A stretch of DNA of 64,000 nucleotides from an uncultured virus (IMG/VR IMGVR_UViG_3300031227_016742). Its lineage: Duplodnaviria; Heunggongvirae; Uroviricota; Caudoviricetes. Shown one piece after another: positions 54,514 through 63,452 of this stretch (within the stretch, counting starts at the first letter, position 1; each line of letters opens with the position of its first letter). The translations under genes were made by a program, and so were the position numbers. Location: the IMG/VR virus record IMGVR_UViG_3300031227_016742. One strand, 5' to 3'. The notes below the pieces were generated by a model. That model worked only from the letters and a program-made list of their open reading frames with translations. It made no database searches and was not told where the DNA came from.

Positions 54514-56391
54514 CTACCACGCTCCGCTGTCGTCTTCGTCGTCTTCGTCGTCTTCTTCGGGACGCAGCTCGCTCCACTTCTTCTGTACGATCTCACCGGC
54601 GTGCTGCTCGATCTCCTCGAGCGCCAGCTCGACCGCGGCCTGCTGGCTCGCTGCCTGTCGCTGCAGTTCGACCTGCCACTCTATCTGGGCCCGCAGCGCG
54701 TCCGCGGACGGAGACAGGACGCGCCCGATCGTCTGCGTCCCGAGCCTGACAGCCTCGGCGACCATCGGGAAGGCCGAGCGAGGTCGTCCCTGTAGACGAT
54801 CGAGCAGCCTGTCGTGGGCCTCGGCAGGGAATGCCAGGCCATGCTGCACCAGCACCTCGCTGTGCTCGTGCAGTACGCCAGGTTCCACCACGTTGTTCAG
54901 TAGCTGCTCATGCAGCCACCAGACCAGGCGCCACTTGGCTACTTCCTCGGCGATGGGACCGTTGTGGTGCCCATGGACTTGGCTGACCCACCAGATCGCA
55001 GGGCGCATGGTCTGCTCACGGGTGAGGGGATCGATGTCGATCCTTCGTCCATCACATCGCAGCTCGACGGTGGCCACCGGAGCGCCTGACGGCATGCGAT
55101 AGCTGATGTAGCGACCCCGGCCGGCGAGCATCTCATCGTAGTAACCGGCCCGTCCGATGCAGTGAGCCATGCTGGTACCTTCTCCGGTAAAGCTCCTGGC
55201 GTCACCAAGCTCCACCAGCATCGCTCCATCCGGCCAACGGGCCAAGACGATGTCGTTGCCCCGAATCTCAACGGGCTCGGCCTCGCTCACTCCACCCTCG
55301 ATGGCTCTGTCGTCCGTGGCACGGTGCTCATCGTAGTGCATCTGGTAGGCGAGAGACACCGCACTGTTCAGACTGAGTGTCGACAGATCGGGATGATCGG
55401 CATGGTACCAGTCCGAAACAATATCCATCACCTTCCACAAATCACGTAATAGCAGGTTCCTGACCTTCACCCAGTGGATGAGCGAGGCGAGCATCAGCGG
55501 ACGGCAGATGGTCTCCAACGCCTCTTCTACGATGTCTTCTTCGAGCCAGGTCGGGTTCTCCACCTCCGCGAACCGCAAGAGATCGCCCAGCCCTGTCCCC
55601 TCTTTGTTTCCTATGATGTCTCCAACAGGCTCCTGGGGAAAGCACAGCCAAGTACGTGCGTCGGCGACGTTTTCGAGATCCACGTAAGCGCCACCGGAGT
55701 TCATCCTGGACAACACTTCGTCCAGTGGCTCCAGCTCACCGGCCTCTGCTCCTCTGCCGAACCGGATCAGCGCACGCTCCAAGGGGCTCGGGCTCCTCGA
55801 TAGGTAGGTGAGCTCGGCCCACTCGTCGGTCCCGCACTCCACCTTGATGGTGACGATGTGATTCCAGCGAGACACCTGCTCGACGACGGGCGGTCCGGCC
55901 AACGGGAGCTGTCGGTCGTTGTGCTCGTGATGAGAGAAAGGATGCTCCGTGAAACGAAGGTCCATACTGTTGGTATGGGACATCTCGTCGATCTCGTCCC
56001 AGTTGATGGGATAGTCCCCTCCGTGCTCGAACCACTCATCGACGGCGATGTAGTAGCGCCGGGTCTCGGTGTCCACGCTCTGAATGCTGAAGGGCTTCTC
56101 GAGCTGCCTGGCCATCCAGGAGATCAGTGGCTCCACCCTGACGGCGGACTCCGGAGGTGACCAGGTTTCCTCCAGGCCTCTCATGCGGCTGCTCATCATG
56201 GCCACCACGAACTGAAGCCAGGGAGCGGACCCGGGATGCTGGGAGATGGCCCAATCCATGCGACGCTCGAGGCTGGTGCGGCTGTCGACGACCACGGGCT
56301 GTAAGCCGAGGCGGCCACGCAGCTGCTGCAGTGTGCTACGGCGGCCAGTGGACGAGCTGACAATAGCTGTAATGACGGTGGTCGAGATCAT
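54514..56391 (-). CDS. PcfJ-like domain protein (paralogue 3)
   Basis: EGTSMAHCIG, SYR..G...ATVEL, QV.G..N; start MISTTV with ATGA overlap. Confidence 0.75.
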   Translation of the reverse strand: MISTTVITAIVSSSTGRRSTLQQLRGRLGLQPVVVDSRTSLERRMDWAISQHPGSAPWLQFVVAMMSSRMRGLEETWSPPESAVRVEPLISWMARQLEKPFSIQSVDTETRRYYIAVDEWFEHGGDYPINWDEIDEMSHTNSMDLRFTEHPFSHHEHNDRQLPLAGPPVVEQVSRWNHIVTIKVECGTDEWAELTYLSRSPSPLERALIRFGRGAEAGELEPLDEVLSRMNSGGAYVDLENVADARTWLCFPQEPVGDIIGNKEGTGLGDLLRFAEVENPTWLEEDIVEEALETICRPLMLASLIHWVKVRNLLLRDLWKVMDIVSDWYHADHPDLSTLSLNSAVSLAYQMHYDEHRATDDRAIEGGVSEAEPVEIRGNDIVLARWPDGAMLVELGDARSFTGEGTSMAHCIGRAGYYDEMLAGRGRYISYRMPSGAPVATVELRCDGRRIDIDPLTREQTMRPAIWWVSQVHGHHNGPIAEEVAKWRLVWWLHEQLLNNVVEPGVLHEHSEVLVQHGLAFPAEAHDRLLDRLQGRPRSAFPMVAEAVRLGTQTIGRVLSPSADALRAQIEWQVELQRQAASQQAAVELALEEIEQHAGEIVQKKWSELRPEEDDEDDEDDSGAW

Positions 56392-57956
56392 GAGTTTGGC
56401 TCCATCAGCTCTTCCTGGTTGACGGTCATCGTACCTGGGTCCACCAGCCACTCCCCAGCCGGGATCTCCACCGTGGCCCAGGCCGGGAGCTCTTGTCCGT
56501 CCTCGACCACGACCATGTGGCCGGTCCCAAAGACGTTGTCGGAGAGCTGACGCAGCGCGATGGTCTGGCCTGTTCCACGGCTGATGTAGCTGTCCTCGTC
56601 GTTGTGTTTGTGCTTGACCACCGTCCACTCGAAGACCATGTCCTCCGGCCAGACCTCGAGCTCTATGTTGAGGGTCTCGATTCCGAGCTGGACCTCCATG
56701 GAAAGCCAGATGTTGTCCATCTCCAGGCCCGTGTTCCGGTACACATCGGCTCTTCCGTCAGAAGACCGCACCATGGCCGACAGCGTCGACTTGACCTCTT
56801 CGTGGGCGACCAGAGCCGCCTGTTCGGCCTTGTCCTGCCACGCGGAGAGCAGCCGATCCTCCTCGTCCGACGGATCGCCCTCGTAGTCCCTCGCCTCCTG
56901 CAGCTCCCGCACTTTGTCCTCGATCTCTCCGAGCTCAATCATCTCGACCTTGACGGCTTCGTAGACCGACGGGTCGAGCTTGGATCGGCGCACGATGACC
57001 GGAGACCAGATCCCAGGGACGGCGTCGCTCTTGTCGATCCCAGCCTCCTGCAGCGCCGGGATGATTCTGCGACACAGCTCGTAAGGCACCCCGGCGTTGT
57101 CCGGGCCGTTGGCCTCGGTCAACATGAACTCGTCATCGTATTCGTTCAACAGGCCCAAGGACAGATCGACCCTCGGGACCCCCTCGTGGTCACGGTAAGA
57201 CAGAATGATCTTCTCACCCTCTCTCACATCGTCCCACTGCCACTTCGCACCGACGCAGTTCCGCATCACGTGCCCTTCCGCCTCCAGCTGCTTGCGGGTG
57301 TACAGCCGCTGCAGGGTCGCTCCGTCTGCCCAGCGGTACAGGACGAGCCCAGGCCTGATGTCGGCGTCCTCGACGAGCGCTGACTGCTGCCGCCAGTACG
57401 CTCGGCTGGCCTCGAAGGCCCCCGCGAACCCGAGCCCCTCCAGGGCGCCAGGTCCGACCTCGCGGGCCCAGTCCACGACCTCGTGTATGGCGTCACCGTC
57501 CATGGTCAGCTCATCGTCCACGTGGGCGAGCCTCTGGATCAGGGAAGAAGCCCAGAACAAGCCCTCTACCGACACGTCTCCGGTACGAGACTTGATCTTG
57601 CTGGGGGTATGCAGCCTGGGGCCGCGAGTCATGAGCTCACAGATCGCCTGCTGTTCAGGGTCCTTCCTAAGGGAGTCCAGCTCGGTCTTGGCGACGGTCA
57701 CCATCCATGGGATCATCGGGTCTACAGGTTGGGCTTCCGGCAGATCGCACTGGAACCCCGACATGCTCACCATGGCATCGACCGCCAGCCTGATGGTGAC
57801 TCCGTGTTCACGCTGGACCCTGTCGAGTCGTCCCTTGGTCCCAGTGGACACGACCACAGCCGCCAGCCCACCGCGGTTGCGCAGCTCGTTGAGCGTGGCT
57901 CTGCGCACACGATCAGGTGCGAAGCAGAGGGCGGTCACTGGAATGATCGGATTCAT
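56388..57956 (-). CDS. PcfJ-like domain protein (paralogue 2)
   Basis: EGHVMRNCVG, SYRD..G.P, E..GP.N. Confidence 0.75.
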   Translation of the reverse strand: MNPIIPVTALCFAPDRVRRATLNELRNRGGLAAVVVSTGTKGRLDRVQREHGVTIRLAVDAMVSMSGFQCDLPEAQPVDPMIPWMVTVAKTELDSLRKDPEQQAICELMTRGPRLHTPSKIKSRTGDVSVEGLFWASSLIQRLAHVDDELTMDGDAIHEVVDWAREVGPGALEGLGFAGAFEASRAYWRQQSALVEDADIRPGLVLYRWADGATLQRLYTRKQLEAEGHVMRNCVGAKWQWDDVREGEKIILSYRDHEGVPRVDLSLGLLNEYDDEFMLTEANGPDNAGVPYELCRRIIPALQEAGIDKSDAVPGIWSPVIVRRSKLDPSVYEAVKVEMIELGEIEDKVRELQEARDYEGDPSDEEDRLLSAWQDKAEQAALVAHEEVKSTLSAMVRSSDGRADVYRNTGLEMDNIWLSMEVQLGIETLNIELEVWPEDMVFEWTVVKHKHNDEDSYISRGTGQTIALRQLSDNVFGTGHMVVVEDGQELPAWATVEIPAGEWLVDPGTMTVNQEELMEPNS

Positions 57957-57962
57957 CTGTTG

Positions 57963-57991
57963 TGCCTATCACCTGCTACCAGGAGTAGCAA
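57963..57991 (-). promoter_or_regulatory. Promoter TTGCTA-17-TAGGCA with perfect operator (57974-57990)
   Basis: TGCTAC-CAGGA-GTAGCA; ATG 6 nt after -10. Confidence 0.7.
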
Positions 57992-59570
57992 CTTGCCGCT
58001 CCCAGGCTTCTGGAGAGAACGCCTCTTCGTCGATCTCGTCGACCTCGTCCCAGATGCCATCGAGGACGACCTTGGCGCTCCCGAGTCGCCTCCCGACGAA
58101 CCCCTCGATGAGCTTGTCGTCCTCGATGCCGTACAACGGCAGGACGTGTTCGTTCTCGCCCTCTTCGACGTTCTTACGCTCGAGTTCGGCCAGGATCCCG
58201 GGATGGGCCATCCTCATCCTCACGACCACCGCGGCCAGCCTGCGCTGATGTTCGTCCTCCTCGATGGGTCCGTTGTGGGGGCCCTCCACGTCTCTGGTGT
58301 GACCCGTCGAGGTCAACAGCTCGATGGTCGCGGTGGGCTCGTCATCGGCTGTGCGGTAGGACAGCACCCTGGTGCGCCCAGAGATCAACATCTGTGGGTG
58401 GCTATGGCCGCCAATGCAGTGGCGCATCCTGCGACCCTCGTGGAGCAAAGCGTCTTGTCCAACGATCTCGACGACCCGATCTCCGTCCGAAAAGACGACC
58501 ACGGGGATGGTCTGATCCGCCACGACCTCCGGATCGAGCTTCACGCGTTCACGCTCGCGCTGCAGCTCGATGTCGACGACATGGCGCTCGGAGGCCGCCT
58601 CGAAAGCATCTTTGAGCCCGAGATCTCCCAGCGGGGCCTGCGGGTGTCCGGCACGGTCATCGTCCATCACCTGGCGCACATGATAGATTCCGGTCTTGTA
58701 CAGCTCGAGCCATGCGTGCAAGACGGCTCTAACGCTCTTCAGCGTGTCTTTCACGATCTCGGCGCTCCCTGGTCCTCTCTCCTTGTCGGCCATCTCTCCG
58801 ATCCTGTCATGAACGACCGGGAGCTGTGGGTCACGCTCGCGGAACCACGATCGGTACACGGAGAAGGCATCGATCTTCCCATCATGTGCCCGGTTTCCGG
58901 CGATGATCGAGCTGACGACATCCGGGATCTCTCCGTCGGGATCGTCGATCGACATCAACTCCAGCTGAGGCTCGAGGATCCCCAAACCGCGCACCGGCCT
59001 CGCCAGAACCCTCGCCCTGGTCTGCCCGATCCGCGCCCACACCACTGCGCCATCATCCGCCCACTCCATCCCGCGCTCGATGTCGCACCCGTTCTGGTAC
59101 CAGAGGTACTCCGAGCGAATATGACGGTTCTCGTCGATCTCTTCGCACGCTTCGTCCCTGGCCATCTCCCAAGCCTCACGCACTACCGTGTTCGGATCGT
59201 CCATCAACTCCTCGTCGAGCTCCGCCAGCATGTCCGGGAACAACGAGAACGCCAGCGCAGTGATCTCGAGACTTGTCCAGCTGTCGAGCCATCCATCTCG
59301 GTGGAATGTCCTGGCGAGCCACGCGAGCACTTCGGCCTGCGGGGCGCTCCCCTCACCGTCTTCGATCGGGCTCGGATAAGCCATCCTGAGCATCTGAATC
59401 ACCGGGGCCGGATAGTTGCTCATGATCCAGCTCAGCCTGCGCTGGAACGGATCTCGAGCATCCACCGTCACGGAGATCATCTCCAGGCGACTACGCAGCT
59501 GATACAGCACCGCTCTCCTGGCACGCTCTGGCGCCGTGGACAGTGTCGTGGTGATCGAGGTGGGCAGCAT
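57969..59570 (-). CDS. PcfJ-like domain protein (paralogue 1)
   Basis: EGRRMRHCIG, SYR....P.ATIEL, V.GP.NGPI. Confidence 0.75.
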   Translation of the reverse strand: MLPTSITTTLSTAPERARRAVLYQLRSRLEMISVTVDARDPFQRRLSWIMSNYPAPVIQMLRMAYPSPIEDGEGSAPQAEVLAWLARTFHRDGWLDSWTSLEITALAFSLFPDMLAELDEELMDDPNTVVREAWEMARDEACEEIDENRHIRSEYLWYQNGCDIERGMEWADDGAVVWARIGQTRARVLARPVRGLGILEPQLELMSIDDPDGEIPDVVSSIIAGNRAHDGKIDAFSVYRSWFRERDPQLPVVHDRIGEMADKERGPGSAEIVKDTLKSVRAVLHAWLELYKTGIYHVRQVMDDDRAGHPQAPLGDLGLKDAFEAASERHVVDIELQRERERVKLDPEVVADQTIPVVVFSDGDRVVEIVGQDALLHEGRRMRHCIGGHSHPQMLISGRTRVLSYRTADDEPTATIELLTSTGHTRDVEGPHNGPIEEDEHQRRLAAVVVRMRMAHPGILAELERKNVEEGENEHVLPLYGIEDDKLIEGFVGRRLGSAKVVLDGIWDEVDEIDEEAFSPEAWERQVATPGSR

Positions 59571-59573
59571 GGA

Positions 59574-59584
59574 ACCATCCTACC
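59574..59584 (-). promoter_or_regulatory. GG-TAGGAT-GGT -10 element, apparently leaderless
   Basis: 6 nt between TAGGAT and ATG; identical 11-mer at 60507-60517. Confidence 0.6.
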
Positions 59585-59609
59585 TTGTCTTCGGGGCCAA
59601 CGCCTTCCC

Positions 59610-60503
59610 TCATGGGCCGTAGCGGGCCTCTGCATCTATCCGCAGCGCCTCGAGCGAGATGGGCTCTTCATTCTTCAGCGCTCCCACGACCTTTGGAGCG
59701 CCAGGATGGGCCACGGTCGGAGAGAATGCCGCCAGATTGAGCAAGAGCTTTCTTCCACGCTCTGTCCTGGACAGCTCGCGGATGACGTCCTTGGCCACAG
59801 GAGCACCCCCGCGCCAGTCGTCAGCTCCCGTTATGGCCAGCACCCTCTTGCACTTATCCACGAACGCCTCCCCCATCATGGACACCACCTCCATGATCAT
59901 TGGCGCGACGGGAGCGTAGTCCCATGGGTCCTCTGCGGCCCAGGTGCTCTGATCCATGGACCATGTGTGGCTGCCCTTGCCGCCATAGGGGCCCTCTCTC
60001 GCGGCGGCCAATACGAAGCTGCCAAGCCAGTCCTCGTCCGGAATCAAGGGAGCTGTCGGCTCGACCATCAAGGTGTAGCTGGCTTCGCCCTTTCTTGGTC
60101 GACACAGGGCGTGATCCGAGCTTCGTCCCAGGTAGACCATCCCCGGATAAGGGGAACCAGCCTCTTCTCCAAAGTCCCTCCAGAGCCAGTCACCGTACTC
60201 ATCCCGTCCTTCCTCGCTCATGCCATGAAGATCTCCAGGATGCGCTCTCCTCATCTCCTCGTGCTTGCTTTCGAGTCGCTCGATGGCCCAGTCCGTCCCA
60301 TGCCATACGTCGGTGAGAGGCGTCCCGGAGAGCCCGTGGTCGAGGATGGCCAGCACATGCCTCAGCCCGGTCCCGTGGTACAGCCTCTCCTTCTGGGGAA
60401 CAATGACGGATGAACCCGTATGGTACGTCAGCCACGCCAGGGTGGTGAAACCATACCGGGGCGGAGCGGTGAAGAGGCATGAAACCAGCGAGGATGCGAG
60501 CAT
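59610..60503 (-). CDS. ADP-ribosyltransferase-like protein
   Basis: LYHGT......IL..GL...VYL.....A. Confidence 0.6.
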   Translation of the reverse strand: MLASSLVSCLFTAPPRYGFTTLAWLTYHTGSSVIVPQKERLYHGTGLRHVLAILDHGLSGTPLTDVWHGTDWAIERLESKHEEMRRAHPGDLHGMSEEGRDEYGDWLWRDFGEEAGSPYPGMVYLGRSSDHALCRPRKGEASYTLMVEPTAPLIPDEDWLGSFVLAAAREGPYGGKGSHTWSMDQSTWAAEDPWDYAPVAPMIMEVVSMMGEAFVDKCKRVLAITGADDWRGGAPVAKDVIRELSRTERGRKLLLNLAAFSPTVAHPGAPKVVGALKNEEPISLEALRIDAEARYGP

Positions 60504-60506
60504 GAG

Positions 60507-60517
60507 ACCATCCTACC
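60507..60517 (-). promoter_or_regulatory. GG-TAGGAT-GGT -10 element, apparently leaderless
   Basis: 6 nt to ATG 60503. Confidence 0.6.
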
Positions 60518-60697
60518 TCGTCGGTGCCGACACCGCCTCTGTCGTGCTATGCTGCCAGCCAGCAACGGAGGCCACATGCGCCGCTACGAAAAACCACTGC
60601 TCCGCAAGGCGCATGGGCTCGACTTCGTCCTCTCCGCCATCAAGCGCGGCTGGCACACAGCCTGCCGTCAGTGCTCGAGCTGCCACGGCTGCCGCTG

Positions 60698-61219
60698 ATG
60701 CCCATCATCGTCGAGGCTGCAGGGTTCATGGACCTGATGGGAAAGCTGTTCGGCGACATCACGCCGTCGGGTATGTCCATCTGGCCCTTCGTTCTGGTGC
60801 GTGACAAGGCGACCATGAGCGAGCGGACCCTGCGCCACGAGCTCATCCATAACAAGCAGCAGTCCGAGCTGACCATCGCCGCGGTCATCTTCGGAGGCCT
60901 GTGCATGGTGGTCATCGCGCTCTCACCGCTGCCTGCATGGCTCGTCGTCGGGCCCCTGATCCTGATGATCCCCAGCGCCCTACAGGGCATCGTCTACGGT
61001 GCCTTCCACTGGGTAGGAGCCATCGCCTTTCGGGGCGCGAACAGTCCCCTGAAGCGCTCCTACCGCTCCAGCCCCTTCGAGCTCGAGGCCTACGCCAACG
61101 ACGACGATCCGGAGTATATCTCCCACCGTCGCATCTTCGGCTGGACCGGCTACGTCCGCGACTGGAGAGAGCGCATCGAGAAGTTCGAGGCATCCGCAGA
61201 AGACAACGAAGAGGAATAG
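60698..61219 (+). CDS. Membrane zincin-like (HExxH) protein; start uncertain
   Basis: PF......LRHELIH..Q..E; Y...PFE.EAY. Confidence 0.75.
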   Translation: MPIIVEAAGFMDLMGKLFGDITPSGMSIWPFVLVRDKATMSERTLRHELIHNKQQSELTIAAVIFGGLCMVVIALSPLPAWLVVGPLILMIPSALQGIVYGAFHWVGAIAFRGANSPLKRSYRSSPFELEAYANDDDPEYISHRRIFGWTGYVRDWRERIEKFEASAEDNEEE

Positions 61220-61222
61220 ACC

Positions 61223-61909
61223 ATGGCCAAGCCCAGATTCGAAGCCCGCTGGATTCGCGCCAGAGAGTCCGACTACAGCGTCATGCTCATCGTTCCCGGC
61301 GAAGACCTCTCCGTACACCTGGTGGGCCAGGCTCCTGGCGACCCCCTCACCATCCGAGCTGCCCGCATCTGGATGGAGGACAGGGGCTACCAGCCGCTGG
61401 GTGTCACCAACGCCGGCATCTTCCACTCCGGGCTGAGACCTGTCGGGCTGTTCGTGGAAGGCGGCATCACCAAGAGCCCGCTGAACCTCAGCTCCGGAAC
61501 TGGGAACTTCTTCATGAAGCCCAACGGGGTGTTCAGCTGGACACCGGGCTTCGGATTCTCCATCGATCGCAGCGATCTGTACAAGCCCAAGAGCCGTCCC
61601 TTGCTGGCGACCCAGTCAGGGCCACTGCTGCTCGAGAGAGGGCAGCCCCACCCGGACTTCCGGCAGCACTCGAGCAACAGAGCCATCCGCAACGGCGTCG
61701 GCGTGAGCAGCAGCGGAGACAAGGCCATCTTCGCCATCTCCGATAGAGCCGTGAACCTGTGGGACTTCTCGAGCTTCTTCCTGTCCCAGGGCTGCCCTGA
61801 CGCCCTGTACTTGGACGGGGCCATCTCGGACATGTGGACCCCCATCCGCAACGCAGGACGCTCCGACGACTACGCTGGGCTGCTCTGCATCGCGCAGAGG
61901 ATGTCATGA
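61223..61909 (+). CDS. Phosphodiester glycosidase family (YigE/NAGPA-like)
   Basis: NAG.F...PVGL.V..G; GNFFMKPNGVF; ATQSGP.L; IRNGVGV; CPDALYLDGAIS. Confidence 0.9.
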   Translation: MAKPRFEARWIRARESDYSVMLIVPGEDLSVHLVGQAPGDPLTIRAARIWMEDRGYQPLGVTNAGIFHSGLRPVGLFVEGGITKSPLNLSSGTGNFFMKPNGVFSWTPGFGFSIDRSDLYKPKSRPLLATQSGPLLLERGQPHPDFRQHSSNRAIRNGVGVSSSGDKAIFAISDRAVNLWDFSSFFLSQGCPDALYLDGAISDMWTPIRNAGRSDDYAGLLCIAQRMS

Positions 61910-62574
61910 GCGCTGTCAACACCATGCTGCAGCACCGCTACGGTGGCCTGTTCAGAAAGAAGCGCCGCTTCAGGGGCCCCCTCGACGTGAACCCCTTGGT
62001 CAACATCCTCGTCCCACTGCTAAAGGGCGACAAGGAAGAGGCGCTGAAGGGAGCCAAGTACCACCGCAAGGGTGCAAAGCGCGCTCAGATGTTCTTCATG
62101 CCAGAGACGGCCAAGAAGGCCGGAGCGGCGATGGAGCCGGTCTTCGAGAAGATCGAGCAGGCCCTGGAGGGGGACTGGAAAGGCATGGAGGGCATGGAGG
62201 ACATGAAGGGAATGGAAGAGATGGAGGACATGAAGGGGATGGAAGGGATGGAAGGGATAGAGGGGATGAAATGGATGGAGGGGATGGACGAGGCCATCTT
62301 TGCGGGTGTGGCCGAAGCGTTCGGTGAGTTCTCGGGGCATGCTGTGTCGGGATCGGTGAGCGTGACCGCACATCGCAGTGGTGCTGACGCCTTCATCGAC
62401 GTCGCACTGGACGCCATCGAGGACGGGAGACCGAAGCTGGCATTCCAGCACCTGTTCAACGCGGAGATCGTCCACCATGCGAAGAACAACCAGCCGCCGG
62501 CCCACGGAGAAGATGAGCGGCTGAGGGGCGCATGGCAGAGCTTCGGAGAGATGCTGCCGGACAAGCTGTGGTGA
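61906..62574 (+). CDS. Hypothetical protein with Met-rich repeat
   Basis: ATGA overlap; (K/E)(G/D/E)M repeats. Confidence 0.75.
   Translation: MSAVNTMLQHRYGGLFRKKRRFRGPLDVNPLVNILVPLLKGDKEEALKGAKYHRKGAKRAQMFFMPETAKKAGAAMEPVFEKIEQALEGDWKGMEGMEDMKGMEEMEDMKGMEGMEGIEGMKWMEGMDEAIFAGVAEAFGEFSGHAVSGSVSVTAHRSGADAFIDVALDAIEDGRPKLAFQHLFNAEIVHHAKNNQPPAHGEDERLRGAWQSFGEMLPDKLW
62179..62289 (+). repeat. Coding 9-bp repeat, about 12 x-x-Met units
   Basis: KGMEGMEDMKGMEEMEDMKGMEGMEGIEGMKWMEGMD. Confidence 0.85.
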
Positions 62575-63308
62575 TCCTCCCCATCACCATCCTCGTTCTC
62601 GGACTCATCCGCCAGAGCGTTCCACCGTCAGACGAACGAAGAGAACGAATAGCGCTGGCGAGGAAGCTGATGGGAGAGAGTCCGGATCACATCCACTTGC
62701 TGGTGAGGTCTGTGGGACCACCTATCATCCTGAGGATCCCGAGCTCGATACGGACAACAAAGAGGGATCTCCTAAAATGCGTGGATCCAGTCATGCGATC
62801 ACATGGCCACACGCAGAGGTCCATCTTCGAGTTCTTGCCACTGATCCAAGAGGAGCCCGACGATGGAGGGCCCGTCACGGAATCGTACCTGTCGGTCGAG
62901 TCGGCCTACGAAGGAGATGACAGCAGCGCAAGAGACTATTGGCTCTACGACTGGGTCCATGGATCGTTCGATCTCGTGAGAGCCCCAGCGGACGACGTCC
63001 AGAGCTATGTGCAGATCTTGACGCACGGTCCGATGATCATTGTACGGATGGGATTCCCCTTCCCAGAAACGAATAGTCTGCTGGACGTCATGTTGCCGAT
63101 CTTCAGAGAGTCGTTCGAGATCAAGAAAAAGGACGTGTTCGCGATGGAACGGATGGACGTCGGGAGAGCGGACAGGCGTGCAGAACGACAAGAGAATCTC
63201 CTGAACACGTGCAAGAGAGCGTTCAGCGGATCTACGTCCGACTTGACAGAGACGTGGCTATACGACTGGACAGGGGAACAGCCACGGCTCGTAAGAGCTG
63301 GGACGTGA
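62571..63308 (+). CDS. Hypothetical protein with internal two-fold duplication
   Basis: GTGA overlap; GPPIILRI/GPMIIVRM and WLYDW....LVRA occur twice. Confidence 0.7.
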   Translation: MILPITILVLGLIRQSVPPSDERRERIALARKLMGESPDHIHLLVRSVGPPIILRIPSSIRTTKRDLLKCVDPVMRSHGHTQRSIFEFLPLIQEEPDDGGPVTESYLSVESAYEGDDSSARDYWLYDWVHGSFDLVRAPADDVQSYVQILTHGPMIIVRMGFPFPETNSLLDVMLPIFRESFEIKKKDVFAMERMDVGRADRRAERQENLLNTCKRAFSGSTSDLTETWLYDWTGEQPRLVRAGT

Positions 63309-63328
63309 GCTCCCGACGTGCACCGTAT

Positions 63329-63345
63329 ATCCACTCACAGTAGCA
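63329..63345. promoter_or_regulatory. Degenerate operator copy
   Basis: ATCCAC-TCACA-GTAGCA. Confidence 0.45.
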
Positions 63346-63452
63346 AGCACATCCCACGAAAAGACAGGATGGACCAGTAATGTCGTGAGAGACAGCTCGT
63401 GCTATGCTTCTAACCGAACGTCTCGATCCATCCCACGATCGCCGGTCCGGTA

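Noticed and set aside
57483..60413. 976-aa plus-strand ORF and other long antisense ORFs (9982..11745, 39973..41499, 41685..43097, 53211..54749)
   Set aside because: Shadows of GC3-biased genes on the opposite strand, with no motifs or RBS.
3127..63345. 17-bp palindrome as a LexA, NtcA or MerR site, or as integron attC sites
   Set aside because: Does not match the consensus sites I know; the spacer is 17 bp rather than the 19 bp typical of MerR; no GTTRRRY/RYYYAAC cores.
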